From IMG/VR virus record IMGVR_UViG_3300020458_000006, positions 1-47,882 of that record: a DNA stretch of 47,882 nucleotides; one strand, written 5' to 3'. The position numbers and the translations under genes are program-made. Of this stretch, positions 24,808 through 33,785 are shown piece by piece. The notes under the pieces were generated by a model. That model was not told the DNA's origin. It searched no databases and saw only the letters and a program-made list of their open reading frames with translations. Source of the stretch: a virus (Duplodnaviria; Caudoviricetes). The number at the start of each line of letters is the position of its first letter. Within the stretch, counting starts at the first letter, position 1.

Positions 24808-26824
24808 TTATGGCAGCGCAAGAATGATCCGAATGGATGTGGCCGAACTGATCCGCCCTCCCCGCCGAATCAAACCCAGCGAGGCTGCTGCGGAGTACAT
24901 GAAGGTGGTTGGTGGTGACGGCACTATCAGAGACTGGAGCCCGGAAGCTACTCCCTACATGGTTGAGCCACTCGACTGCATGGGCGGCAGAAAGTATGAC
25001 GCCGTTGTTTTTGTGGGCCCGGCGCGGACAGGCAAAACCAACGCCCTGGTTGATGGATACATAGCCTACGAGGTTGAGTGCGACCCTTCAGACGGTCTGA
25101 TAATCCAGATCAGCGAGGACAAGGCCCGGGAGTTCAGCAAGAAGCGAATCGACCGAATGCTCAACCACTCTCCTGCTCTGGCTAAAAGACTGAGCCCCAG
25201 GGGGCACGACAATAACGTCCATGACAAGATTTTCCGGGCCGGTAATTACCTGGGCATAAAGTGGCCGTCGAAAAACGTGATGGCCAGCTCTGACTTCAAG
25301 TTCGTGCTAATCACCGACTTTGACCGGCTGCCAGAGGATGTCGGCGGCGAAGGTGACCCGTTTACTCTGGCATCAAAACGAACTCAGACGTTCGGTTCCA
25401 CTGGCATGACATTGGCCGAAAGCTCCCCCGGACGCGAGATAACAGACCCAAACTGGCGCCAGCCTGCGGATTGCCCGCACATGGCCCCGCCCACCACGGG
25501 CATCCTGGACCTCTACAACCGAGGTGACCGTCGCAGATGGTACTGGCAATGCCCGCAAAAACAGTGCCGCGAATGGTTCCAGCCAAATCGGGAGAACTTC
25601 AACCTGGCTTCAAAGGCGGTTTTCTGCCCGCATTGCGGCGCCGAGATCTCCCAGGCTGAGAAAAAGAGGCTGAACATGGCCGGCCGGTGGGTGCCTGAAG
25701 GCTGCTCACTTACCGCCAAAGGCGAAATGATCGGAACCCCGAAGGGCGGCCGCATCGCATCGTTCTGGATGGAAGGCCCTGCTGCTGCCTTTCAGACGTG
25801 GGCAAGCCTGGCCGAAAAGCTCGAAACCGCCAGTGAAACTTACGAGCTAACACGAAGCGAGAAGGCGCTAAAGACAGTCACAAATGTAGATTGGGGTCTG
25901 CCATACCTGCCGAGGGCGATGCTGGACGATGCTGCCAGAATCAGCCCGGCTGACAACGCTGAAGATTTCGAGCGCTACTTGGTCCCGGCACAGGCGCGGT
26001 TTCTCACCGCCGCTGTAGATGTTCAGGGTGGACAGAACGCCCGATTCATTGTGCAGGTGCACGCGCACGGGCCGGACCGTGAGGAATGGCTGATTGATCG
26101 CTATGAGATTAAAGAGAGCAACCGAGAAGGCCTGGACGGCAACCCTGCGCCGATTGATCCGGCTAGCTACCCCGAAGACTGGGACGTAATCACCCAAAAG
26201 GTCGTGGAAGCAACCTACCGGACCCACGAAGAGGGCCAGGAACTGCGGATTCGAAGGACCATTGTGGATTCCGGTGGCGAAGAGGGCGTAACCGAAAACG
26301 CCTATCGTTGGTACCTGAAGTGCGCCCAAAATCGTCTGGCCCACCGGGTCCGGGTCTATAAGGGTGCATCCGCTCGGAACGCCCCGCTAATCAAGGAAAG
26401 CAAAGTCCCGACTGCGGCAAAGGCTGATGTGCCGCTGCTCATATGTAATCCGAACCTTCTGAAAGATGCGGTGACGAACGCTGCCCGGCGCACAGACAAC
26501 GGAAGCTCTCGCCTCCACTTTCCCCGGTGGCTCGGCGCCTGGTTCTGGGACGAGTGGCAATCAGAAGTTCGCCAGCCTGACGGCCGCTGGAAGCAAGTAC
26601 GCAAACGGAACGAGGCGCTAGATCTTGCGGGCATGAATCGCGCTGCTGCCTTGTCACTTGGAGTGGCGAAGATCCGGTGGGATAAGCCTCCGGCCTGGGC
26701 CCGGCCGGTGCTGGAAAACAGCGAGCGAGTCAGTCGTGATGAACGCAGAGAGATGCAGGCAAGGCAGCCGCACTCACGAAAAAAAACGGAGTTTAAGAAA
26801 GGAAAGGGCTTCAAAGGGGCCTGA
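24800..26824 (+). CDS. Terminase large subunit (gpA family)
   Basis: TPYMVEPLD, GPARTGKT Walker A, AAVDVQ nuclease, RNEALD. Confidence 0.93.
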   Translation: MASYGSARMIRMDVAELIRPPRRIKPSEAAAEYMKVVGGDGTIRDWSPEATPYMVEPLDCMGGRKYDAVVFVGPARTGKTNALVDGYIAYEVECDPSDGLIIQISEDKAREFSKKRIDRMLNHSPALAKRLSPRGHDNNVHDKIFRAGNYLGIKWPSKNVMASSDFKFVLITDFDRLPEDVGGEGDPFTLASKRTQTFGSTGMTLAESSPGREITDPNWRQPADCPHMAPPTTGILDLYNRGDRRRWYWQCPQKQCREWFQPNRENFNLASKAVFCPHCGAEISQAEKKRLNMAGRWVPEGCSLTAKGEMIGTPKGGRIASFWMEGPAAAFQTWASLAEKLETASETYELTRSEKALKTVTNVDWGLPYLPRAMLDDAARISPADNAEDFERYLVPAQARFLTAAVDVQGGQNARFIVQVHAHGPDREEWLIDRYEIKESNREGLDGNPAPIDPASYPEDWDVITQKVVEATYRTHEEGQELRIRRTIVDSGGEEGVTENAYRWYLKCAQNRLAHRVRVYKGASARNAPLIKESKVPTAAKADVPLLICNPNLLKDAVTNAARRTDNGSSRLHFPRWLGAWFWDEWQSEVRQPDGRWKQVRKRNEALDLAGMNRAAALSLGVAKIRWDKPPAWARPVLENSERVSRDERREMQARQPHSRKKTEFKKGKGFKGA

Positions 26825-26869
26825 ATAAGCTACATTTAGCATGCAAATCAACCACACGGAGATAACGGA

Positions 26870-27460
26870 ATGACAGTGGAAGACCGGCTACATGCAGCAA
26901 TTGAAGACGGCGAGGTTTTGCGTATTACCTATGCAGGCGGGAGTCAGCCAGGCGCTGAGCGCGATATTGCCCCAATTAGCATTAAAGATGGCAAGGTGCG
27001 AGCTCGATGTTACTCGTCCAATGCCGTAAAAATGTTTGTAATCGATAAGGTTTCACTGGTCGGTGCATCGAGCAGCACCTCAGAGAATTGGACTCCTGGC
27101 AAAGCAGTTTCGCCACAATACAGAACCACAGATGACATTGTGGAGTCCATGAAGAATGAGTGGGTATCGGCAGGTTGGCATATAGAGAAAAGCTCGGAGC
27201 ATGTTGGGCTTCACATGTATGGAAAGCATAAAAAGCTGCTCAAATACCCAACCGTGTCGATCTACTATGACCCGGAGATAAATGAATTGCACATGGACCT
27301 AGGTGGAAACTTTGTTCAGCCTGATAGAAAACGGGAAAAGCCTTGGGTGGTCAGCGCCAAAGATATGAGCACCGTGGCCTACAAGCACTTCGACAAAGCT
27401 GCTGAAAAGTTTATCGAACGGACTAGGCAGATTACGCCCAACCCGACACCCCCAAAATAA
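26870..27460 (+). CDS. Stand-alone WYL-domain protein (moron-like)
   Basis: AIEDGEVLRITY..ERDIAPISI..VRARC..KMFVIDKV fits the WYL pattern; AT-richer than neighbours. Confidence 0.7.
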   Translation: MTVEDRLHAAIEDGEVLRITYAGGSQPGAERDIAPISIKDGKVRARCYSSNAVKMFVIDKVSLVGASSSTSENWTPGKAVSPQYRTTDDIVESMKNEWVSAGWHIEKSSEHVGLHMYGKHKKLLKYPTVSIYYDPEINELHMDLGGNFVQPDRKREKPWVVSAKDMSTVAYKHFDKAAEKFIERTRQITPNPTPPK

Positions 27461-27490
27461 GGGGTATTAAAGCAAGCGGTCTTTGATACC

Positions 27491-27519
27491 TTGCCAACCG
27501 TCACCTGTCGGTCCATAAT
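27491..27519 (+). promoter_or_regulatory. Sigma70 promoter of the antisense-RNA/Rha cassette
   Basis: TTGCCA-17-CATAAT. Confidence 0.8.
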
Positions 27520-27588
27520 CCGCTGCAAGGAGCGTCGAAACTCCCAACACACAGCGGTACACTGCCCCCGACAGCTGGCGGTTTTTTT
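27520..27588 (+). promoter_or_regulatory. Upstream antisense target (a1b1/seqA-like) plus terminator
   Basis: TCGAAA in loop of GGAG/CTCC hairpin, CACACAG 27548..27554, CTGCC/GGCGG stem plus T7. Confidence 0.7.
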
Positions 27589-27620
27589 GCGCCCAAATTG
27601 CGTCTATCGAACCGATTTCT

Positions 27621-27702
27621 GTCGGGAGGGGATGGGAATACAACACCCCTCGGGGAATACCATCCGGTCCTCTGTGTGGGACTTTCGAACCTCCCGGCAC
27701 CA
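27621..27702 (+). ncRNA. C4/CI-like antisense RNA
   Basis: Closing stem GTCGGGAGG/CCTCCCGGC followed by ACCA; GGATGG/CCATCC helix; CTGTGTG and TTTCGA complementary to both flanking targets. Confidence 0.75.
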
Positions 27703-27731
27703 ATTTCGAAAGAACACACAGGACGCAAATT

Positions 27732-28559
27732 ATGACAATCGCACTCACCGCAAACGAACTCATCGTCGTTCAAAAGAACCAGCTCCGCACTACTTCCCTG
27801 AAAGTTGCTGAGGCATTTGGCAAGCGCCACACGCATGTTCTCGATAAAGTTCAGGCCCTCGACTGTTCGCCTGAATTTTCATCAGCCAACTTTTCGGCTC
27901 ATGATCAAGAAATAACCGTTGGCAACGGCGCCAAGCGAAAATCCAAAGTCTACGAAATGACCAAAGACGGCTTCATGTTCCTGGTCATGGGTTTCACCGG
28001 CAAGAAGGCCGCTCAAGTAAAAGAGGCCTACATCAACGCCTTCAACGAAATGGCCGAAAAGCTGTATGGCAAATCCGCCCCGGCTCGCCGCCGCCAGAAA
28101 GCCCTGCCCTCCGGTCTCACCCTGGAACAACAAGACGCCATCAAAGGACTGGTGAAAGCCCGAGTTGAAACCTTGCCCCCGGAAAAGCGCGCAAAAGGTG
28201 CCATCACCTGCTGGTCGTCCCTCAAAAGCAAGTTCGGCTGTACCTATAAGGAAATCGAGCCTGAGCGTTTTACGGATGCGGTCAGCCTGGTTGCCCGGGT
28301 TCCGCTTGAGGGCGAGTACCTGGAAGCGGAGAAGTCCACCTCAACGCTAACGGAAACAGAGATTACCCAGCTGCGTTGCCTGCTCACCCACTGTGAGGTA
28401 ATGGAGCGTAAGTTTGGGCAGCACATAGGCCCCGCCCTGGTTGCGCTTAACCGACCCTTGTACAACGAATTCAGAGAGCACCTGTTCGTTTCTACTCGTC
28501 AGGCCCGGCAGCTGGTGAATCGCTATCAGCCAAACACCGGCCAGAAAATGCTGGCCTGA
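27732..28559 (+). CDS. Rha-family regulator/antirepressor
   Basis: TTSLKVAEAFGKRHTHVL...YEMTKDGFMFLVMGFTGKKAAQVKEAYINAFNEM. Confidence 0.9.
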   Translation: MTIALTANELIVVQKNQLRTTSLKVAEAFGKRHTHVLDKVQALDCSPEFSSANFSAHDQEITVGNGAKRKSKVYEMTKDGFMFLVMGFTGKKAAQVKEAYINAFNEMAEKLYGKSAPARRRQKALPSGLTLEQQDAIKGLVKARVETLPPEKRAKGAITCWSSLKSKFGCTYKEIEPERFTDAVSLVARVPLEGEYLEAEKSTSTLTETEITQLRCLLTHCEVMERKFGQHIGPALVALNRPLYNEFREHLFVSTRQARQLVNRYQPNTGQKMLA

Positions 28560-28584
28560 CACCCCCGCTCCATAAGCAGCCAGA

Positions 28585-28617
28585 CCATCACGAGCTCAGG
28601 ACACCAGCTCGTGATGG
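28585..28617. repeat. 12-bp perfect inverted repeat after rha
   Basis: CCATCACGAGCT-N9-AGCTCGTGATGG. Confidence 0.7.
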
Positions 28618-28625
28618 CCCGCCGT

Positions 28626-28664
28626 ACCCCAAGACAGGCGCAACTCAGATCATTTTGCCAACAT
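28626..28664 (+). promoter_or_regulatory. Putative activator-dependent late promoter 1
   Basis: ACCCCAAGACAGGCG + 18 nt + CAACAT; box repeated at 32754. Confidence 0.6.
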
Positions 28665-28703
28665 GCCATCATCGACCCGATCAATGCGACAGCGAGATCC
28701 GAG

Positions 28704-29630
28704 ATGGCAAAAAAATGGTTTGATGTCCGCGCCGAAGCGGAGCGAAAAGAGGTCAGCGTCAGTATTCGCGGATACATCGGCGAATGGGGCGTTTCAGACA
28801 GCGATCTTATCCGTGAAGTAGAAGCTGCGGGCGATGTTGAGATGATCAACGTCACCATCAACAGCCGCGGTGGTGAAGTGGACCACGGCCTCGCGATCTA
28901 CAACTTCCTGCGTGGCCATGATGCTCTGGTTAACGTCCGTGTTGATGGTATCGCTGCCAGCGCGGCTTCCATCATTGCTATGGCAGGCGACCAGATCACC
29001 ATGCCGGCAAACACCCTGATGATGGTGCATAACCCGTGGACATTTGCTCAGGGCAACGCGGCCGAGCTTCGGAAAACTGCTGATGACCTGGAACAGTTCG
29101 AGAAGTCCCTGCTTGCCACCTACACGGCCCGCACGGGCAAAGGCGAAGATGACATCAAAGCCCTTCTAGATGGCGAGACCTGGCTAACCGCCCAGGAGGC
29201 GGTAGACCTCGGGTTTGCCGACACCGTGGAATCACTGGCACAGCCCGCTGCTGTCGCCATGGCGAAAGCGATGGACATCCCTGCTGAGGTTTTGGCCAAG
29301 GTAGCAGAGCTCGAGAAGCCTGCAGAACCGGAAGCGCCAGCGGTGACTAGTATGCCCAACAAGCCTGAAGACAAGCCAAACCATGCCGCCGATATCGTGG
29401 CTCTGTGCATTGAGAAAGGCTTTCCGGTTAAAGCTGCGGATTGGGTGCGAGAGGGCATCACTTTGGATGAAGCCAAGAAACGGATCGTTGATGCCCAGGC
29501 GGCAGACGACGAGGCCCGGAATGCTGACCCCGTAATTTTGCCCGGCCTGGAAGACGGCCAGGCAGAGAAAGAAGCCCGCTCAAGCTGGGCAAACGCCTTC
29601 AAGAAAACCCAACCGAGAGGTAAATGGTAA
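28704..29630 (+). CDS. ClpP-type head maturation protease/scaffold
   Basis: INSRGGEV, DGIAASAASIIAMAGD, MMVHNPW, ETWLTAQEAVDLGFAD. Confidence 0.92.
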   Translation: MAKKWFDVRAEAERKEVSVSIRGYIGEWGVSDSDLIREVEAAGDVEMINVTINSRGGEVDHGLAIYNFLRGHDALVNVRVDGIAASAASIIAMAGDQITMPANTLMMVHNPWTFAQGNAAELRKTADDLEQFEKSLLATYTARTGKGEDDIKALLDGETWLTAQEAVDLGFADTVESLAQPAAVAMAKAMDIPAEVLAKVAELEKPAEPEAPAVTSMPNKPEDKPNHAADIVALCIEKGFPVKAADWVREGITLDEAKKRIVDAQAADDEARNADPVILPGLEDGQAEKEARSSWANAFKKTQPRGKW

Positions 29631-29992
29631 TGGCTACTCTTACTGAATCCCGGCATGCCGGCGAGTTCATCATCTCCGAAGCGAACGGCCACCGCAGCCG
29701 CGATACCGTAACCGTGGCCGCTGGCAACAATCTGCAGGCAGGTCATGTGGTTGGTGCGCTGACCGCTGGCGGTTATGCCGAATACAACCCGACTAACGTT
29801 GACGGATCCGAGACCCCGGCAGGCATCCTGTTTGATGCAGTGGATGCGACCGACGCAGCCCAGACCGGCGTCATTCTGGCCCGTGACTGCGAGGTAACCG
29901 GCGCAGACCTGGCCTTCTTCGCTGGCGCGACCGAAGGCGAGATCGAGACCGCCGCCGCGGCATTGGCCGAGCTTGGCATCATCGTCCGATAA
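29630..29992 (+). CDS. Head decoration protein (gpD-like)
   Basis: GEFIISEANGHRSRD...DGSETPAGIL; between protease and capsid. Confidence 0.85.
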   Translation: MATLTESRHAGEFIISEANGHRSRDTVTVAAGNNLQAGHVVGALTAGGYAEYNPTNVDGSETPAGILFDAVDATDAAQTGVILARDCEVTGADLAFFAGATEGEIETAAAALAELGIIVR

Positions 29993-30049
29993 ATCCGAAC
30001 CCGGCTGGCACTGCTTGTTGGCCACAACGATCTGAACTGGAGATTACAA

Positions 30050-31090
30050 ATGGCTACTATGGACATCTTCAACAGCGACGCCTTCAGCATGGTTTCGCTG
30101 ACCGAAGCCCTGAACGAGCAGGAGTTCCAGCCGAGCTTCCTGCGCAACCGGGGCATCTTCACCCCCAAGCGGGTCCGCACTGAGACCGTGGCAATCGAGA
30201 GCAAGGCCGGTGTACTGAGCCTGATCCCGACCAGCCCTCGCGGGGCCGCTCCGGAATCTAGCTCAGCCGGCAAGCGCACCCTGCGTGACTTCCGCACCGT
30301 TCGTATCGCCAAGAGCGACCGGATCACTGCCAGTGAGCTGGCCAATATCCGCGCCTTTGGCTCCGAGACCGAGCTGATGCAGGTGCAGGCGGAAGTTGCT
30401 GACCGCCTGAACGGCCCTGCCGGCCTGATGCGTGACATTGAGCTGACCTGGGAGAACATGATGCTTGGCGCCATTCAGGGTCAGGTGGTGGATGCGGACG
30501 GCTCTGTCATCGAGGACTACTTCGACGCCTTCGGGGTGACCCAGGATGCCGAGATCGACTTTGATCTGGACAACGCATCTCCGGCCTCTGGCGCGGTTCG
30601 CAAAAAATGCAACCAGGTGGTACGCCAGATGATGAAGGCCGCGGCGGGCGCCTGGGTTCCCGGTCGCACCATGGTCGAGGCTGTTGTGGGCGATGCGTTC
30701 TGGGATGACCTGGTAGCGCACCCGGAAGTCCGGGAGACCTATCTGGGCACTCAGCAAGCAGCTGATCTGCGCAACGACGTGGGCATGGCATACGAGCAGT
30801 TTGTCTACGGCGGCATCCGCTGGATCAACTACCGGGGCACTGATGATGGCTCCACCGTAGCCGTAGGCACCGACAAGGCTAAGTTCTACCCGGTAAACGC
30901 GCCGGGCGCCTTCCTGATGGCCTATAGCCCGGGAGAGTTCTTCGACACCATCAACCTGCCCGGTCAGGACGTTTACAGCCTGGTCATCCCGGACCAGAAG
31001 CGAAACGCTTCTGTGGACGTTGAGGTTTACAGCTATCCGCTGCCGATCGCTACCCGACCCAAGATGCTCCAGCGCGCCAAGCGCACCTAA
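30050..31090 (+). CDS. Major capsid protein (lambda gpE family)
   Basis: DIFNSDAFSMVSLTEALN...SYPLPIATRP. Confidence 0.9.
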   Translation: MATMDIFNSDAFSMVSLTEALNEQEFQPSFLRNRGIFTPKRVRTETVAIESKAGVLSLIPTSPRGAAPESSSAGKRTLRDFRTVRIAKSDRITASELANIRAFGSETELMQVQAEVADRLNGPAGLMRDIELTWENMMLGAIQGQVVDADGSVIEDYFDAFGVTQDAEIDFDLDNASPASGAVRKKCNQVVRQMMKAAAGAWVPGRTMVEAVVGDAFWDDLVAHPEVRETYLGTQQAADLRNDVGMAYEQFVYGGIRWINYRGTDDGSTVAVGTDKAKFYPVNAPGAFLMAYSPGEFFDTINLPGQDVYSLVIPDQKRNASVDVEVYSYPLPIATRPKMLQRAKRT

Positions 31091-31099
31091 ACCCTGCAC

Positions 31100-31117
31100 G
31101 GGGCTCTTCGGAGCCCC
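31100..31117 (+). terminator. Stable hairpin after the capsid gene
   Basis: GGGGCTC-TTCG-GAGCCCC; no T tract. Confidence 0.5.
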
Positions 31118-31138
31118 AACTACTCAAGGGGATAAGGT

Positions 31139-31342
31139 ATGAGCTTTACCAGCAGTGATCTGGATGCCATCAATCGCGCCATAGCCAGAGGTGAACGGCG
31201 CGTTACTTTTTCTGACCGCACGGTTGAATATCGGGACGTTGATGAACTGCTGAGGGCCCGCAACGCCATCCGAACAGAGCTTGCCCAAAGCCAACCCCAA
31301 AGCCGCCGGCGGATCCGGCCGATGCGAGGTACTGGATTTTGA
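31139..31342 (+). CDS. gpW-like head-tail joining protein
   Basis: LDAINRAIARGERRVTFSDRTVEYRDVDEL. Confidence 0.85.
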   Translation: MSFTSSDLDAINRAIARGERRVTFSDRTVEYRDVDELLRARNAIRTELAQSQPQSRRRIRPMRGTGF

Positions 31343-32727
31343 AACAGCGTGATCCTTTCGGTCGAACCGGTCCGGTAGTGGCCTACTGGCAGGCGGGCAA
31401 GCCGGGCAACAAAGCATTTCGGGACAAAGGCGATCCTGGCCCCAACATTGCAAATCTGGCCAACCTCAGAACCGCCCGGATGCGGGCCCGCGACGCAGTC
31501 CGAAATATCCCTCTGGCATCCCGAGCCGTGGATCTGGATGTGACGAACATCGTGGGCACCGGCATCGTTCCACGCTTTGATGACAGGAGCTTAGCGTCTC
31601 TTTGGCAACAGTTTGAGGACGAGTGCGATGCGTCCGGCATCTACGACATCTATGGCCTGCAGGAAGCCGGCGTCCGCGCCTGGCGTGAAACCGGTGAATG
31701 CTTCATCCGCATTCGGTACCGGCGCCCTACCGATGGCCTGGCCGTTCCAGTCCAACTGGAGCTTCTGGAAGCCGACATGGTGCCCCTGCAGAATTTTCCG
31801 GTACTGAGCAACGGCAACAGAATCATCCAGGGTATTGAGTTCAATGGCATTGGCCAGCGGGTTGCCTACTGGATGCACAAGCAGCATCCCGGAGAAAACT
31901 ACGGGTTGACAATCAGCCAGAACGATCTCGTGCGGGTGCCCGCTGACCGGGTCATTCATATATTTGAGCCGTTGCGCCCAGGGCAGGTTCGCGGCTTTCC
32001 TCCGCTGGCGACGGTCCTGCAGCGATTGCAGCAGAAGAACGACTACGACGAAGCTACGTTGGAGCGTCAGAAGCTGGCTAGCAGCTTCACTGCAATTTTT
32101 ACGCGCCCAGAACCAGGAGAGGATGGCTCAGATCCTATCACCGGAGAACCAATCGAAAGTCGGGAAATGTCAGACATTGCTCCCGGAAGTGCCTACACCC
32201 TTTTGCCGGGTGAAGGCGTAGAGTTCCCAAACCTGCCTTCATTGGGCGGTGAGTACGAAGGCTTTTCGAGGGTAAACGGACGAGATATTGCCGCTGGCTT
32301 TGGCCTTCCATACGAATTGCTGACTGGCGACTTCCAAGGCTTGAGCGATCGCACTGCGCGGGTTCTTATAAACGAATACCGACGCCGGGTTGAGCAGCAC
32401 CAATGGCATCGGGTGATTCGTCAGATGATGCGCCCGATTAAATCTGCATGGGTGGCCTCGGCTCGGCTGATTGGTGCTGTAGGTGATAGCACTCCGGACA
32501 CACTCCGCTGGGTTCCGCCGGCATGGCCATACTTCCACCCTGTCCAAGATGTGCAGGCGTTAAAACTGGAAGTTCAAGCGGGCTTCCGATCACAGTCTGA
32601 TGTCATTCATAGCCGCGGCAACGACCCTGATCAGGTTCGAAAAGAGCGCGCTGCCGAGCAAGCTGATGACCGGAAGGCTGGGATTCACTCTGCAACAACC
32701 ACCCCTGATCCAGAAGCCGGGCGCTAA
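31339..32727 (+). CDS. Portal protein (lambda gpB family)
   Basis: RARDAVRN, NIVGTGI, HIFEPLRPGQVRGFP, IAAGFGLPYELLTGD. Confidence 0.93.
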   Translation: MKQRDPFGRTGPVVAYWQAGKPGNKAFRDKGDPGPNIANLANLRTARMRARDAVRNIPLASRAVDLDVTNIVGTGIVPRFDDRSLASLWQQFEDECDASGIYDIYGLQEAGVRAWRETGECFIRIRYRRPTDGLAVPVQLELLEADMVPLQNFPVLSNGNRIIQGIEFNGIGQRVAYWMHKQHPGENYGLTISQNDLVRVPADRVIHIFEPLRPGQVRGFPPLATVLQRLQQKNDYDEATLERQKLASSFTAIFTRPEPGEDGSDPITGEPIESREMSDIAPGSAYTLLPGEGVEFPNLPSLGGEYEGFSRVNGRDIAAGFGLPYELLTGDFQGLSDRTARVLINEYRRRVEQHQWHRVIRQMMRPIKSAWVASARLIGAVGDSTPDTLRWVPPAWPYFHPVQDVQALKLEVQAGFRSQSDVIHSRGNDPDQVRKERAAEQADDRKAGIHSATTTPDPEAGR

Positions 32728-32753
32728 TAGCTCCCGGCTCAGACCTATCTCCC

Positions 32754-32792
32754 ACCCCAAGACAGGCGACCAAAACGCCGGTTCGCAATAAT
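32754..32792 (+). promoter_or_regulatory. Putative activator-dependent late promoter 2
   Basis: ACCCCAAGACAGGCG + 18 nt + AATAAT. Confidence 0.62.
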
Positions 32793-32819
32793 GGCCCAAG
32801 GATACGATGGAGGCTGTTT

Positions 32820-33239
32820 GTGGACCGGCAACTACTCAGATCACAACTCGAAAGGCACGAAGGCCTGCGTCTGAAACCCTACCGGGACACCGTAGGTAAG
32901 TTGACCGTTGGTTATGGTCGCAACCTGGAAGACGTTGGAATCAGTCGCGATGAGGCGGACTTCATGCTCGACAATGACATTGACCAGGTTGAGCGGTACC
33001 TGAAGACCGTGGATGAGTACAACGAGCTGGACTCGGTGCGCCAAACGGTCCTGATGAATATGTGCTTCAACGTTGGATTCCGGGGGCTGATGGGCTTTCG
33101 GAAGATGTGGGCCGCTATCGCCCGAAAGGATTACGCCGAAGCTGCGCGCCAAATGCTGGATTCAAAATGGCATCGCCAAGTTGGCAATCGAGCCCAGGAG
33201 CTGGCCCAGATCATGCGGACTGGCGAGGTGCAGCGGTGA
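32820..33239 (+). CDS. Endolysin, T4-lysozyme-like (GH24)
   Basis: HEGLRLKPYRDTVGKLTVGYG (E-x8-D-x5-T); SKWHRQVGNRA. Confidence 0.92.
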   Translation: MDRQLLRSQLERHEGLRLKPYRDTVGKLTVGYGRNLEDVGISRDEADFMLDNDIDQVERYLKTVDEYNELDSVRQTVLMNMCFNVGFRGLMGFRKMWAAIARKDYAEAARQMLDSKWHRQVGNRAQELAQIMRTGEVQR

Positions 33240-33511
33240 CGGAAATGGCAGATCGCAGAGGCTGGCATGTTGATAAGGGTATTCCTATCGCAGTCATCAT
33301 AACGGTGATTATGCTGGCGGTAGGCATCTCTCGAGATCAAGCAAAGCAAGACGAGAGGATTGCCCTTGTAGAAAGCTCCGTGCAAATGATCCAGCAATCC
33401 CGGATCTCAGATCAACAGCGAAGCGAGAAAAAGTTTGACGAGCTAAAGACAGACCTCCGCCTCATCAGCGGGAAGCTGGATCGATTGATAGAGGATCGCC
33501 GCAATGATTGA
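33236..33511 (+). CDS. Single-TM coiled-coil protein (possible holin/antiholin)
   Basis: WHVDKGIPIAVIITVIMLAVGI then coiled coil; coupled to the endolysin. Confidence 0.6.
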   Translation: MTEMADRRGWHVDKGIPIAVIITVIMLAVGISRDQAKQDERIALVESSVQMIQQSRISDQQRSEKKFDELKTDLRLISGKLDRLIEDRRND

Positions 33512-33785
33512 TCTGGCTAGAGAAACCGCTGAAGTCTGTATGGATATGTTCGGCGAAGACATCACATTTGCAGGCCAGCCGGCCCGGGGCATTGTCGCCA
33601 ACGAGCTGGTGGAGCTTGGCAGCTACGAGCCGGTGGTGGAAAGCCGACTGACTGTATCTGTGCTGCCAGACAAAGTGCCCGCCATCCGCGAGGGACTGCT
33701 GGTGGTCATCCGAGGCGAGACCCACAAGGTTGATCAGCTGATGGCCGTGAAAGACGACGCGATGACCAAAGTGGTGTTGCGATGA
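33504..33785 (+). CDS. Head-tail joining protein
   Basis: Size, beta-rich composition, position before gpZ-like gene. Confidence 0.65.
   Translation: MIDLARETAEVCMDMFGEDITFAGQPARGIVANELVELGSYEPVVESRLTVSVLPDKVPAIREGLLVVIRGETHKVDQLMAVKDDAMTKVVLR

Noticed and set aside
27491-27811. 106-aa ORF over the antisense region
   Set aside because: Its TTG start is the promoter -35 element; the region is better explained as RNA
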